A stretch of DNA of 64,000 nt, taken from IMG/VR virus record IMGVR_UViG_3300023493_000006, positions 10,434-74,433 of that record, one strand, 5' to 3'. Source of the stretch: a virus. A program made the translations under genes and the position numbers. Under the pieces are notes generated by a model, which did no database searches, was not told the origin of the DNA, and saw nothing but the letters and a program-made list of their open reading frames with translations. This document shows positions 1 through 9,637 of the stretch, piece after piece (position 1 is the first letter of the stretch; every line of letters begins with the position of its first letter).

Positions 1-3000
1 TACGCTTCCAGAAAATTCACCTTGGTTAAAATGAACACCTGTATTGTCAATATATCCAACCTGTGCACCACTTGCATCCAGAATGGAAAGCAATCCGTTC
101 CCGTTATTTGAACCGCCAAGTTTCAATGTGCCTCCATGTGCATAGGTGAATGAAAAATACAATTCTCCATTTTCCATGTACATGCCCTTTATTGCACCAT
201 TGTTTGTAAGCATATTGAACACTTGCTCATTTGTGTAAGCGTATTCAAGTTTTGGCATATAAATATAAGTATCATATTTTACGCTAGAGCCAACTGATGA
301 TGTCAAGATTCTCAAACTGTTTAAACTATCATTTGGTAAGCTAGATAAAGTTGTTGTTACTTGCAGTCTTTGCCATTCAGTTGTAGTTTTAGCATTTAAT
401 ATTGTTTTACTTCCAAGATACACATATACTTGTGTTGCAACACTAGTTTTTATCCAAAACGAAAAAGTATAATTTCCAGTAACTTTTATTGGCTTATAAT
501 TTTTCGTTCCAAATTGTGCTCCAGTTCCGTTTATTTTTATTGCATTTTTACCGCCATCTACATCCTGGACTCCATACTCATATGTATATGCACTCTGTGT
601 AGACCAATAATCTTTAACATTTTGTTCTGTTAGATAATAGCCTTTAATAATATTGTCCGATGTAATATCTTGGACTTGTTTTATAGCTTCTTCCTGTGCT
701 ATATCAGTAACGCTTTTATCTCCTAATGTAAACTGTGAAGCTGCTATTGTTACTGCACCAGTAGTTTTGTCAATAGCAAAAGTGGTCTTTCCATTGCTAT
801 CAACAACCTTAATACCTTTGGCTTGCACGTATTCTCCGTTTACATAGACATTTCCGTTTTCATCCAAGTAAATCCCCTGTGCCTTGCCGCCATTGGTGAG
901 TTTGTTGAAAATATCGGCTTGTGTCTGTCCAGAAACTGCGGTGCTGGCAGAAGAATCTGCAATTTCCTTTACTGTTTTGCCTTGTAAGGAAAAAGTTTTT
1001 GGAGCTAGGATGACGTTTCCTTTGCTGTCGATTTCTAAGGTTACGTTCTTGTCATCATTAATGACTTTTAGCCCACGACCATTAATTCTCTCACCGGCAA
1101 GCAATCCAGCCAGAATATATTTTGCATTGATATATACTTTTCCGTCCTCGATGTAGATTCCCTGTTCTGTCCCGCCTTTTGTGAGTTTATTGAACACTTC
1201 ATCCTGTCCAAGACTGGTATCGTAATTATCAATTGCATTTTTGATATCGTCTTTGTCTGCGTACTTGAAGTCAATCCAATCGGATGCAGTAAAGTCACCA
1301 TTAATACGATTTACAAAAGAAGTTTTGAGAGAAGCCTTTCCTTCACTATTGGTCGTTACCCACAAGTCACCTTCGTAATATGGTGGTGTTGGCTGAATCA
1401 TGTAAACAGATGATTTACCGTCTATCTTGTCCAACAATTCATTTGGTATGGACTGTGGTTGCCAGATGCCAGATTTGTATATCCACTGGGTGTTATCCGT
1501 GGTATTATGCCAAAGATCGCCTTCATGCTCTACCTTCTCAGATTCCCATACCAAAACAATTTCATTCCCGGATTCATCCAGAATCTTGTTTCCGTCAATA
1601 TCACACCATGGATATTCCTCTGTTTTTGTCCATTTTACAGATGGATCGTTTGGCTGATACCAAGTCTCAATTTTCCCGTCTATCTGCGTCTTTAAAGAAT
1701 TAAGTGAATCTTTAAAAACACCATTGATAAATAAGTCTAAAGAGCTATCATCCGTATACTTTGAAGCCTTTTCCCAATCATCCACTGAATAAGAGCCGCT
1801 TGCTCTGGCAACCTTACATCTCATCAAGTCACCATTAGAGCCTTGCGTCCATAAGTCTCCAATATCGTAAGGCGGCTCTGGATGAACGACGAATACTCTG
1901 CGCTTATGATCTGCTGTGTCCTGTGCTTTTTCTGCGGCGGCAAGTGCTAACGTGATATCGGTATCTTGTACCAATTGCCACTTCCATGTTGCCCCATCTT
2001 GCATAAAGCGGTATGCATATCCCTTGGATTTCCAGTAAAACAAGTCACCCTCATGTTTCTTTCGTTCTTCGTTTGTAGTCCATCCAGAAGCCGGGATATT
2101 CTGTAAGGTTGGTTCATAATCATAAAAAAAAGTCTCAATCTGTCCATCGATTTGAGACTGTAAATTATTGATATCAGTTGTGTATGTATTGCTGATAAAA
2201 TTATTAACTTCTGTTTCTGCTTTTTCCTTTGCAATCGCATTAACATCTTTTCCCTTGACTTGGACGGAATCCGCATTAATAACAACTCTTCCTGTTGTTA
2301 CATCAACCAGGAAAGTTGTGTTTCCATCTTTATCAATAGCCTTAATGGTTCCTGTATTAATCCAGTCAGCATTAACACCTGTAGCAGTAAGAATTCTGGC
2401 AATCACATCACCATCAACAGTCATACCACCATTCCAATGTTGTCCGCCATCTGTAGAAACAGCCCACGCTTCCGCAGTCATTTTCCATACAATATCAGAA
2501 TCGGATAACTGTGGCTTGTTGTGAAGATAATAAATATTGCTTCCGTCCGGCTGTTGCTCTACGGTAGTATATACGCCAGAGGATTCCGCTAAACGATTAG
2601 ACAACTCCTCTATAGCTTTTTCTCTGGCGGTACGTTCATCTCTTAAATTCTTTTTGTTTTCTGCCTGTACTTGTTGATTAAGGCTGTATTGTTTCTGCTT
2701 ATTCCTAGATACACTCTTAGCACTGCATTCAAGCTGCTCAAATGTGCCTGGATTCAAAGCAACAGAAGTTAGGAAGCTCTTGTACTGTTTCCCATTTCTG
2801 TCGGAAATCTCAATGGTGTCACCAGCTTCCCATGCAATATTGGTCAATGCGCCTGTGGTAAACGGTCTGAATTTCAGCCCCACGCACCTGTCTGCGATAA
2901 TTTGACAGATTTTCTCGCCAGAGCCTTCTTGAATTAGCTTATTATCACTAATTTCGATAACATAGCCAGATTCCCCCGACTGATATGTTTTCGCTTCATT

Positions 3001-3852
3001 TTGAGAAGAATTTTCAACGTATTCTGTAACTTTTACACCTGTTATTTCGACATCGTACAGCCATGGTGTGAATCCATTTGTATCTATGGCTGTAATACCC
3101 TTTTGCATAACAGTTATAATCTGTGCGCCTTTTGTGTCAAGAATGTCGTTCCCATCAGTATCTTTCCATGGCGTTTCAACCAAATTGTAAAATTTATCCG
3201 GTACTTCACGCTCATACCATCCAAGGCAAAGCCTTCCGTATTCGTCACTTTTCGCCCACTGACAGCCCATCTGTGCTATCCATGCAATTACCTGTCTGAA
3301 GGTAATACTGCTATCATCTGGTCGATTCTGAATTACGAAATCATCATTATCAAACCTTGTAGATTGTAATGTAACGCCGCAGACCTCGCAAGCATCCTGT
3401 ATGATCTGTAATCTAGTTGCCGGATAGGACAGCTTACTTTCTGAATAATCACGATCAAACAATCGCATGGAATCTTCGCAAGTTAGGCTAATAATAGCGG
3501 TGTTCTGATATGGCGCATCTGTTACTGTCATGGTACAGATACGGATTTTTTCAATGCCAGTAGATAATTCAAGCCCAATATAGCAAACAACTCTCGCTCC
3601 GTCCCAGATGTAGTCTGTGTATTTGCCAGAAAAGTTGTTGATCTGCAATGTCAGCTTATTTACGATAGCTGCGCCGATATCAAAAGAACCGCTTTGCGAT
3701 ACTGCATCCTCAAATTTAAAGCCATTAGACCATAAATCTTTGTCGGTAATGGATAATGTACTTCCGTCTGTGAAGGTAAAATCTGCATATTTCAGATAGT
3801 TACGGTTCCCACTATTCTGTTGTTCTTTAAATTCCGTTGATAAATTTCGCAT
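1..3852 (-). CDS. Phage tail tip / host-specificity protein (Tal-like). N-terminal prophage-endopeptidase-tail domain followed by W-rich tail-fibre repeats. The C-terminus runs off the window start
   Basis: Open minus-strand frame from the ATG at 3852-3850 (RBS GAGGTAAG) down to position 1. N-terminus reads MRNLSTEFKEQQNSGN...TDKDLWSNGFKFEDAVSQSGSFDIGAAIVN, typical of Tal N-domains. Later there are repeated IETWYQPNDPS...W and GDLW motifs and GIYIEDGKVYINA-type fibre repeats. Confidence 0.75.
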   Translation of the reverse strand, partial: MRNLSTEFKEQQNSGNRNYLKYADFTFTDGSTLSITDKDLWSNGFKFEDAVSQSGSFDIGAAIVNKLTLQINNFSGKYTDYIWDGARVVCYIGLELSTGIEKIRICTMTVTDAPYQNTAIISLTCEDSMRLFDRDYSESKLSYPATRLQIIQDACEVCGVTLQSTRFDNDDFVIQNRPDDSSITFRQVIAWIAQMGCQWAKSDEYGRLCLGWYEREVPDKFYNLVETPWKDTDGNDILDTKGAQIITVMQKGITAIDTNGFTPWLYDVEITGVKVTEYVENSSQNEAKTYQSGESGYVIEISDNKLIQEGSGEKICQIIADRCVGLKFRPFTTGALTNIAWEAGDTIEISDRNGKQYKSFLTSVALNPGTFEQLECSAKSVSRNKQKQYSLNQQVQAENKKNLRDERTAREKAIEELSNRLAESSGVYTTVEQQPDGSNIYYLHNKPQLSDSDIVWKMTAEAWAVSTDGGQHWNGGMTVDGDVIARILTATGVNADWINTGTIKAIDKDGNTTFLVDVTTGRVVINADSVQVKGKDVNAIAKEKAETEVNNFISNTYTTDINNLQSQIDGQIETFFYDYEPTLQNIPASGWTTNEERKKHEGDLFYWKSKGYAYRFMQDGATWKWQLVQDTDITLALAAAEKAQDTADHKRRVFVVHPEPPYDIGDLWTQGSNGDLMRCKVARASGSYSVDDWEKASKYTDDSSLDLFINGVFKDSLNSLKTQIDGKIETWYQPNDPSVKWTKTEEYPWCDIDGNKILDESGNEIVLVWESEKVEHEGDLWHNTTDNTQWIYKSGIWQPQSIPNELLDKIDGKSSVYMIQPTPPYYEGDLWVTTNSEGKASLKTSFVNRINGDFTASDWIDFKYADKDDIKNAIDNYDTSLGQDEVFNKLTKGGTEQGIYIEDGKVYINAKYILAGLLAGERINGRGLKVINDDKNVTLEIDSKGNVILAPKTFSLQGKTVKEIADSSASTAVSGQTQADIFNKLTNGGKAQGIYLDENGNVYVNGEYVQAKGIKVVDSNGKTTFAIDKTTGAVTIAASQFTLGDKSVTDIAQEEAIKQVQDITSDNIIKGYYLTEQNVKDYWSTQSAYTYEYGVQDVDGGKNAIKINGTGAQFGTKNYKPIKVTGNYTFSFWIKTSVATQVYVYLGSKTILNAKTTTEWQRLQVTTTLSSLPNDSLNSLRILTSSVGSSVKYDTYIYMPKLEYAYTNEQVFNMLTNNGAIKGMYMENGELYFSFTYAHGGTLKLGGSNNGNGLLSILDASGAQVGYIDNTGVHFNQGEFSGSV

Positions 3853-3855
3853 ATC

Positions 3856-4221
3856 TTACCTCTCGATAAAATCAAAACTAAGTCCTTCCATGCGCTCATT
3901 TCCTATCCACCAGCACTTAAAAGGGGATTCCCTGTCACCAACATAGAATGTTCTGGTTTCGTGCTTATTCGCAGACAGCAAGTCTGGATATGTGACCTGT
4001 ATGTACTCTGGATTTACTGCCTGTATAATTTTGCAAGCAGTGTCCCAATCTGGGCCATTCCAACCTACAGACAGCTTTCGTTTCTGTCCAACTCTGTTTT
4101 TGTGCATGGTCGTATCGTCTGTTCTGCCGGATTCTGATGCCGATATATCCTGTAATCCCCATGTAAAAGAAGAAGGACAGGGCATTGCTACCCCATCCAC
4201 TTTTAAAAATGCTTCTGCCAT
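3856..4221 (-). CDS. Short (121 aa) putative distal-tail-protein-like (Dit N-domain-like) protein immediately upstream of Tal
   Basis: ORF with its stop 3 nt before the Tal start. MPCPSSFTWGLQDISASESGRTDD resembles the PxP...GRxG start of Sipho_tail/Dit proteins, but the length is about half of a normal Dit. Confidence 0.35.
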   Translation of the reverse strand: MAEAFLKVDGVAMPCPSSFTWGLQDISASESGRTDDTTMHKNRVGQKRKLSVGWNGPDWDTACKIIQAVNPEYIQVTYPDLLSANKHETRTFYVGDRESPFKCWWIGNERMEGLSFDFIER

Positions 4222-4357
4222 ATGCTAACCCTCATGTATTTTTACACACGAAAAAAGCGCCTACCCCGAAATGTAAACGCTTTAAAAATTGCTTATTATG
4301 ATTTTATATTTTGACACTCCCCACAGCTAAAGCATGGGGGTTTTACGACACACTGGA

Positions 4358-4446
4358 TAAAAAGCACTGGATATTTTAATCCAATGCTCTACTTTATATT
4401 TTACACATATTGACGGTATCATTCAGTATATTATGGTATCATTTGT
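4358..4446. promoter_or_regulatory. Copy A of a conserved late-promoter-like repeat (GGTATCAT N12 GGTATCAT core) upstream of the Dit-like/Tal operon
   Basis: ~90% identical over ~85 bp to 29243-29335. Shares a 25-bp core with 17478-17507. Confidence 0.5.
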
Positions 4447-4553
4447 TTTATATAAATGTTAAACTTATAAACTTTTTTCAGATATTCTATTCCACTATCC
4501 GTTTTGGAGTGGTAAAATAGGTATATCATACTGATTTAGGGAGGAAAACGCAT

Positions 4554-5450
4554 ATGAAAAAATTCAAAAAACTACTGGCAGTTTTTACCATAATGTTACT
4601 GATTGTCTGTATGGCAGTTCCAGTATCGGCGGCCGGTAAAATTAACAAGAAAAAAGTCACTTTGAAAGTCGGTCAAACATTACAATTAAAAGTAACTGGA
4701 ACAAAAGGAAAAGTAAAATGGACAAGTAGCAAAAAATCTGTTGCTACGGTATCTTCTAAAGGACGTGTAAAAGCGAAAAAGAAAGGTTCCGCTACAATTA
4801 CCGCAAAGATTGGTAAAAAGAAATATACCTGTAAAGTTACTGTGAAAAAGGCTTCTAATGGCAATGGCGGTTTTGGTGGAAATCCAAATGCTAACAGCAG
4901 TGGTAAAAAGAATGTTGTTAGTTATCATGCAGAATCTACGCCGTATGGAGCTGTGGCAATTCTGGAAAACCATTATGACCATGCAGTTGATCTGACCGTT
5001 GAATTTATCTATTATCTGAATGGAACAATGGTCGGAGTTGATAAGGATTATAATTTTGCGTTTGCAGCACATTCAAAATGTGCACTTCAAGGCTGGAATT
5101 CTGATAAAACGTGGGATTCTTTTAAAATCAATTTGAATATTAAGAAAGCATCTTCAAGTGTTATAACAAATAACTCGGGAATTCATTATTCAGCCAATTT
5201 TGGAAATAGAAATGTAGTGGTAAAAGTAGATAACAATGGACGGAAAAATGCGTTTACCACTATTGCAATTGTATTTTATAAAAATGGTAGGATAGTGGGG
5301 TATGATGATCGTAATGCTGATGTAAAAAATCCAGGATCGACAGCTTATCTCGAATTTGATTTTCCATTTGATAGGAATTTCGAGGATATCATACCAGATA
5401 AATTTGAAGTATATGTAAATGATTCGTATACATATAGCTGGATGAATTAA
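4554..5450 (+). CDS. Secreted protein with a signal peptide and a bacterial Ig-like (Big_2) domain, plus an unknown C-terminal domain
   Basis: MKKFKKLLAVFTIMLLIVCMAVPVSAAG signal peptide. VTLKVGQTLQLKVTGTKGKVKWTSSKKSVATVSSKGRVKAKKKGSATITA is a Big_2 signature. RBS GGGAGGAA. Confidence 0.7.
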   Translation: MKKFKKLLAVFTIMLLIVCMAVPVSAAGKINKKKVTLKVGQTLQLKVTGTKGKVKWTSSKKSVATVSSKGRVKAKKKGSATITAKIGKKKYTCKVTVKKASNGNGGFGGNPNANSSGKKNVVSYHAESTPYGAVAILENHYDHAVDLTVEFIYYLNGTMVGVDKDYNFAFAAHSKCALQGWNSDKTWDSFKINLNIKKASSSVITNNSGIHYSANFGNRNVVVKVDNNGRKNAFTTIAIVFYKNGRIVGYDDRNADVKNPGSTAYLEFDFPFDRNFEDIIPDKFEVYVNDSYTYSWMN

Positions 5451-5457
5451 TATAAAA

Positions 5458-5479
5458 GGCTAGGGAGAAATCCCTAGCC
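5458..5479. terminator. Bidirectional hairpin terminator between convergent genes
   Basis: GGCTAGGGAGAAATCCCTAGCC perfect stem-loop between the + gene ending at 5450 and the - gene ending at 5489. Confidence 0.6.
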
Positions 5480-5488
5480 CTAATCTTA

Positions 5489-6997
5489 TCAGTTAATGTA
5501 TTCAACATCTATGCTTGGCAATGTTACTTGTTTCCCAAGAAGTGTTGTAGAATTTAATGTTCCGCTACAAGTTCCGTATACGGTTACCCAATCTCCTTCT
5601 AGGTAATGTGTTTCGCCATCCTCATAGCTATATGAACAATCCCATTTATTACCGTTTCCGTCAACAATATACAACGTATATCCACCGAATATTCCTTCTA
5701 ATGACTGATCTATTGTTCCAGAGACAACACAATGTTTTTTATCGTAACTGTCTGGATTTCTCAATATATCATTATAATCTAACGTCTGGCAAAGTGCCTT
5801 GTATTCGTCCTCTGAAACTTCTTTTGAATTAGCAACTTCTTCTGTCACTACAAAATACTGTGATAAACTATCATCTGAAGCATCCTTTTTATAGCTTTTA
5901 GCTTCATCACCTTTTGCAAATACCATACAATTCTCTAAATTTATGGAATCTCCCATAAATCCCCATGAATCTACATTTGATACTGTTCCAAGAATAGCAA
6001 CCACATCATCATCTTTAAGACCGCTTTCATATTTTGCATACAATTTACTATCAGATACATTAAAATTACTCATCATGTATTTATCACCAATAGTAACTTG
6101 CACCTTATTGTCTTTAATCTCACTTATTGTTGCTACAGTATAAATTTTAGCTCCGCTCATATTGACTGCATATTTATATAAATCGCTGTCAGTGATATAA
6201 GAATATTCACCAGAATTAAATGTTTGTAATTCATCATCAAAAGTAATTGGAGCCACATTCTGTTTTTTCTCTTCTACTGTAGGAGTTGCTTTTCTTTCGT
6301 AACTACTGGATTTTTCCGTCTGCGTTTTGGATGTATCTGCTGTTTTCTCTGTTTTAGATGAATACCAGCCAATTAGAATAAACACAAGGCAGATAAAACC
6401 AAAATAGTTTGCGCATCCCCCTTTTTTCTTTTTCTTGGTAGCTGTCGGCTGTGGCGTGTACTGTGGTTCTGGTGCAGAATATGTTTTAGGTTTTTCGATA
6501 TTCTCAATAGTTGTTCTGGTCTTGTTTGCTTCGCCCCTGTCGCAATTATCCATTACACTCTTTTCAAGCATATACCATTCAACAACATATTGTTTTTTGA
6601 AGTACCGCTCCGCAATCTCTGTTGTAAATTCTTTTGCCTGTTCATATGCGGAAGAGCCTGTTGATAAGCAAATTTTGAAAGGCTTTGCGTATTTCGGAAT
6701 TGAAAAAGCAACTTTCAACTGTACTCTCCCTAAATCGTCTGGTTCTTCTTTATCATAATTCAATACAAAATCCATAGGATTTGCTTCAAGTAACAAATTT
6801 CCTTTGTAGTAAACCTCAATATTCGCTTTTGAAGCCTTGATTCTCATGGAATCTAACATCTCAATGTCGTATTCCTTTTGCTTCTGTGGCGGTTCCTGTG
6901 TTACATTTCCCTGTGTTATCGGGAATCCACAGTTCGGGCAACTTGCCGCTTTATCACTTATTTCCTTGCCGCATTCTGGACATTTAATCAGTGCCAT
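5489..6997 (-). CDS. Membrane protein with an N-terminal cytoplasmic zinc ribbon (CPECG...CPNCG), one TM segment and a large extracytoplasmic domain
   Basis: Start chosen at MALIKCPECGKEISDKAASCPNCG (RBS GGAGGGGG). TM segment ANYFGFICLVFILIGWY. The ORF track extends 21 aa further upstream. Confidence 0.6.
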   Translation of the reverse strand: MALIKCPECGKEISDKAASCPNCGFPITQGNVTQEPPQKQKEYDIEMLDSMRIKASKANIEVYYKGNLLLEANPMDFVLNYDKEEPDDLGRVQLKVAFSIPKYAKPFKICLSTGSSAYEQAKEFTTEIAERYFKKQYVVEWYMLEKSVMDNCDRGEANKTRTTIENIEKPKTYSAPEPQYTPQPTATKKKKKGGCANYFGFICLVFILIGWYSSKTEKTADTSKTQTEKSSSYERKATPTVEEKKQNVAPITFDDELQTFNSGEYSYITDSDLYKYAVNMSGAKIYTVATISEIKDNKVQVTIGDKYMMSNFNVSDSKLYAKYESGLKDDDVVAILGTVSNVDSWGFMGDSINLENCMVFAKGDEAKSYKKDASDDSLSQYFVVTEEVANSKEVSEDEYKALCQTLDYNDILRNPDSYDKKHCVVSGTIDQSLEGIFGGYTLYIVDGNGNKWDCSYSYEDGETHYLEGDWVTVYGTCSGTLNSTTLLGKQVTLPSIDVEYIN

Positions 6998-7059
6998 AAA
7001 TATCCCCCTCCTTAGTATGATACCCATATTGTACCACCTTTGGGCGTATTCTGGAAGCA

Positions 7060-7275
7060 CTATTTCGCTTTTCTATCAATTTCCGCAGTTACGGCAAACA
7101 AAAGAGCTTCGGCAAATTTTGCTCCGACCGAATCGGAGTATTTATCGTGAATCCGGCTTGCTTCCATGGTGAGATTTTCCCACTGCGGAATATCGTCCTT
7201 TGAGATAAAAGCGTACTTCTTGTGAAGATTCCATATATCTTGCCAGATGGAAAAGTAAGTCTGCTTGAAATCCAT
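7060..7275 (-). CDS. Hypothetical protein (71 aa)
   Basis: ORF in the operon with 7275..7577. Confidence 0.4.
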   Translation of the reverse strand: MDFKQTYFSIWQDIWNLHKKYAFISKDDIPQWENLTMEASRIHDKYSDSVGAKFAEALLFAVTAEIDRKAK

Positions 7276-7577
7276 TATACGTACAACACTCCATGATATT
7301 TCTCGAGCCTATATTTCTGTTTCACATTTGGATATTTTTCACGATCTACCTCACTGTAAAACATATTTTTCGGTCTGGCGTATAATTGCTTACTGCCATA
7401 CAGGGCTTTGTATATCACTAGGTCTTCTCCTGTTTCCGTATGCCTAGCAAAACCGACAATCTCATACAGGTATTCATTGTCACGCGGATTCTCGATAGTT
7501 TCTCGCTTAAAGTGCTGTACAATATCCCCTGGCTTAAATAATTGTCTGTTCATTTTCATTGTTACCTTTCTCCACAA
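7275..7577 (-). CDS. DUF1653-like protein
   Basis: [36 protein letters not shown] matches the DUF1653 consensus (H-K-..Y.v..a.hTEt.e..VvY..Lyg...w.RP). Confidence 0.55.
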   Translation of the reverse strand: MWRKVTMKMNRQLFKPGDIVQHFKRETIENPRDNEYLYEIVGFARHTETGEDLVIYKALYGSKQLYARPKNMFYSEVDREKYPNVKQKYRLEKYHGVLYV

Positions 7578-7665
7578 TTAATTAATTTCTTTGCTCAAAT
7601 TTCAATTTTCTTTGCTTGTGCCTATATTTTATCATGCGAGAAGTTTTGAAACGGATTTGATTATT

Positions 7666-8298
7666 TTATCGCAGTAATTCTTTATCAATAATCTGGAAGT
7701 TCGCCCTGTGGATATAAAGAGCTTTTCCGTCAATCATTAACTTTGTCATTTTAGGTAGATCGTCCGGGATTTTCCAGAACACCTCGTCACCAGAATATGC
7801 GGCTATGGGCTGTCCAAGTTGAGATTTAATTACTACAACCCTAGATTTTCCGAAATAATTTTTATAATAATTTAGAATCCCGGCTATGTATGCGTTCTCT
7901 GAAATCTTCCCGGTTGAATGACTGGTAATATCTTCCTGGGTAAAATCAACCTCCGGCTCCAATCCTTTTTGCTCAAAAATACAAGTATCACCACAGCTTT
8001 CAATTTCTTTACCGTCAATCAGAATTGTAATAACGGAAGATACGTCATAGCTGGTTGTTTCGTTACCCTCGCTATCGTAGCCCTTGGATTTGGTTTTATT
8101 CCCGGCAATGTTGATCTTGTCCCCAGTGGTGGTCATAACCTTTTTGCCGTAGTTATCGTAGGTATAGATTGTGTAGCTGTTTCCAGAAAGATTTCCTTTC
8201 ACGTCATTCATGTAATCGTCATTCGCTGCACAGCCTGTTAGCCCTGTGATAATGCAAATACAGGTAATTATCGCCAGTAGTGTTTTGATTCTTTTCAT
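7666..8298 (-). CDS. Lipoprotein
   Basis: MKRIKTLLAIITCICIITGLTGC lipobox. Confidence 0.65.
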   Translation of the reverse strand: MKRIKTLLAIITCICIITGLTGCAANDDYMNDVKGNLSGNSYTIYTYDNYGKKVMTTTGDKINIAGNKTKSKGYDSEGNETTSYDVSSVITILIDGKEIESCGDTCIFEQKGLEPEVDFTQEDITSHSTGKISENAYIAGILNYYKNYFGKSRVVVIKSQLGQPIAAYSGDEVFWKIPDDLPKMTKLMIDGKALYIHRANFQIIDKELLR

Positions 8299-8768
8299 GG
8301 TTTTTGTCCTCCCTCATATGTCTCATAATCAATCGTTCCCAAATCACCGTACACATCTGGATAATAAATTCCAACCCAGAAGTTATCTTCCATTGCTTTG
8401 TAGTAAGTTACTTTTACATTCCATCTCTGTACCTCGTCAACAATTTCTTTGTTTAGAAGTCCGAATTGATCTCGGCAAGCTTCACTTTCCAGTTTGTAAG
8501 TCAATGCTTTGTATTTCTCTGCATTTGCCTGTCTGGTGGCGGTAACCGTAGTCTGGCTTATTGCTAAAAGCAATCCCGCGATCAAAAGATATACCGCACC
8601 GATAAAAGCCACTGCTACGCCCAAAACAAGCACGGTTGCGCTCACATTCGAATACTCATATTCGTAGCTTAAAGATTCTCCTATTCTATTTGCAATCAGA
8701 ATAACAACGCCGACTGCAAAAATGATTATTGATAGCCAAAATATCATAGTGTGTCCTCCCTGTCCCAT
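8295..8768 (-). CDS. Membrane protein (two TM segments). Translationally coupled to the lipoprotein
   Basis: MIFWLSIIIFAVGVVILIA and VLVLGVAVAFIGAVYLLIAGLLLAI segments. ATGA overlap with the downstream gene. The true start is probably at MIFW. Confidence 0.5.
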   Translation of the reverse strand: MGQGGHTMIFWLSIIIFAVGVVILIANRIGESLSYEYEYSNVSATVLVLGVAVAFIGAVYLLIAGLLLAISQTTVTATRQANAEKYKALTYKLESEACRDQFGLLNKEIVDEVQRWNVKVTYYKAMEDNFWVGIYYPDVYGDLGTIDYETYEGGQKP

Positions 8769-8840
8769 TCTGCGTCAGATTTATCTGACATAATAATATC
8801 GTTAGATATTATTTAAATATAATTCTTTCTCTTTTTCTTA

Positions 8841-8940
8841 ATCTAAATCTATATCTAAATCTATATCTAAATCTATATCTAAATCTATATCTAAATCTAA
8901 ACCTTAATCTGAGTGCGTCTACTATGCGTCTTTTGTGCGT
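8841..8940. repeat. Iteron array: ATCTAAATCTAT x4.5 tandem 12-mers plus a GAGTGCGTCT..TGCGTCTTTTGTGCGT tail. Homologous to intragenic repeats at 48541-48660
   Basis: Perfect tandem 12-mers read directly. Same ATCTAAATCT / ATCTGAGTGCGTCT / TGCGTCTTTTGT motifs occur inside the replisome organizer gene. Confidence 0.8.
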
Positions 8941-9063
8941 TTAAAAAAATAAGAACTCTAAATTCGTCATTTTTATATTATATTTCACCAAAATTCAACT
9001 TGTAAAAATACATATTTTATCTGTTATGCTGATTTTTACGGATTTTTGTGTCGAAATAAAATT

Positions 9064-9241
9064 CTTATTTATTTCTTATTTAACGCTTATTTTTTCTTAT
9101 TTGATGCAAAATAAAAAATTATTTTACCTTAAATTAAAACTTGTTTTTCCTTATTTGCTCCCTATTTAATTCTTATTTACTATCATTAATAGTAAAATAA
9201 GGTCTTATTTGAGCAATTTAATTTTCAGATAAAGCCTTATT
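9064..9241. repeat. Eight direct copies of the heptamer CTTATTT (plus one CCTATTT) in an AT-rich noncoding stretch. Second iteron family of a candidate origin
   Basis: CTTATTT at 9064, 9075, 9086, 9097, 9150, 9172, 9204 and 9235 (approximate), all in the same orientation. Confidence 0.6.
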
Positions 9242-9254
9242 TTACCGAAATTAA

Positions 9255-9551
9255 TTATTCAAACAAGCTAAATACGTCTTTGCAAAATTCCTCATAGTCG
9301 ATATTCCCGACCAGTGGCATTTTATTTCTCAGCTTTTCCATTGCTTTAAAAAACTTTCCTTGGTCTTTATTCCAGATTTTACAGAAAACAAGAAGATACT
9401 TCTCTTCCTTATGTCCATATTCTTTTCCAAAATTCACCCGAATTTTCTCATTCTTAAAAAGTTGGTCTGCCAGATACTCTTCTGTATCTGCAAAAATGTA
9501 TTCGCTGCGGAATAAATGCTTTTGGATTAAGATGTAATTTTTATATGACAT
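9255..9551 (-). CDS. Hypothetical protein (98 aa)
   Basis: ORF with no recognisable motif. Confidence 0.4.
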   Translation of the reverse strand: MSYKNYILIQKHLFRSEYIFADTEEYLADQLFKNEKIRVNFGKEYGHKEEKYLLVFCKIWNKDQGKFFKAMEKLRNKMPLVGNIDYEEFCKDVFSLFE

Positions 9552-9637
9552 GATATTCCTCCCTGTGAAAAAGGTTCCATTTTAAATCGAACCTTTCCAG
9601 ACCTCATTTTAAATGCGGGCTGTCTAAAAATTCAAAA

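Noticed and set aside
430-3800. Many short ORFs on both strands in the first 3.8 kb
   Set aside because: All lie within, or antisense to, the long open Tal frame that runs off the window edge
8841-8900. Perfect 12-bp tandem repeats could suggest a CRISPR array
   Set aside because: The repeats are contiguous with no spacers and are only 12 bp long. They are homologous to replisome-organizer iterons, so this is an iteron array, not CRISPR
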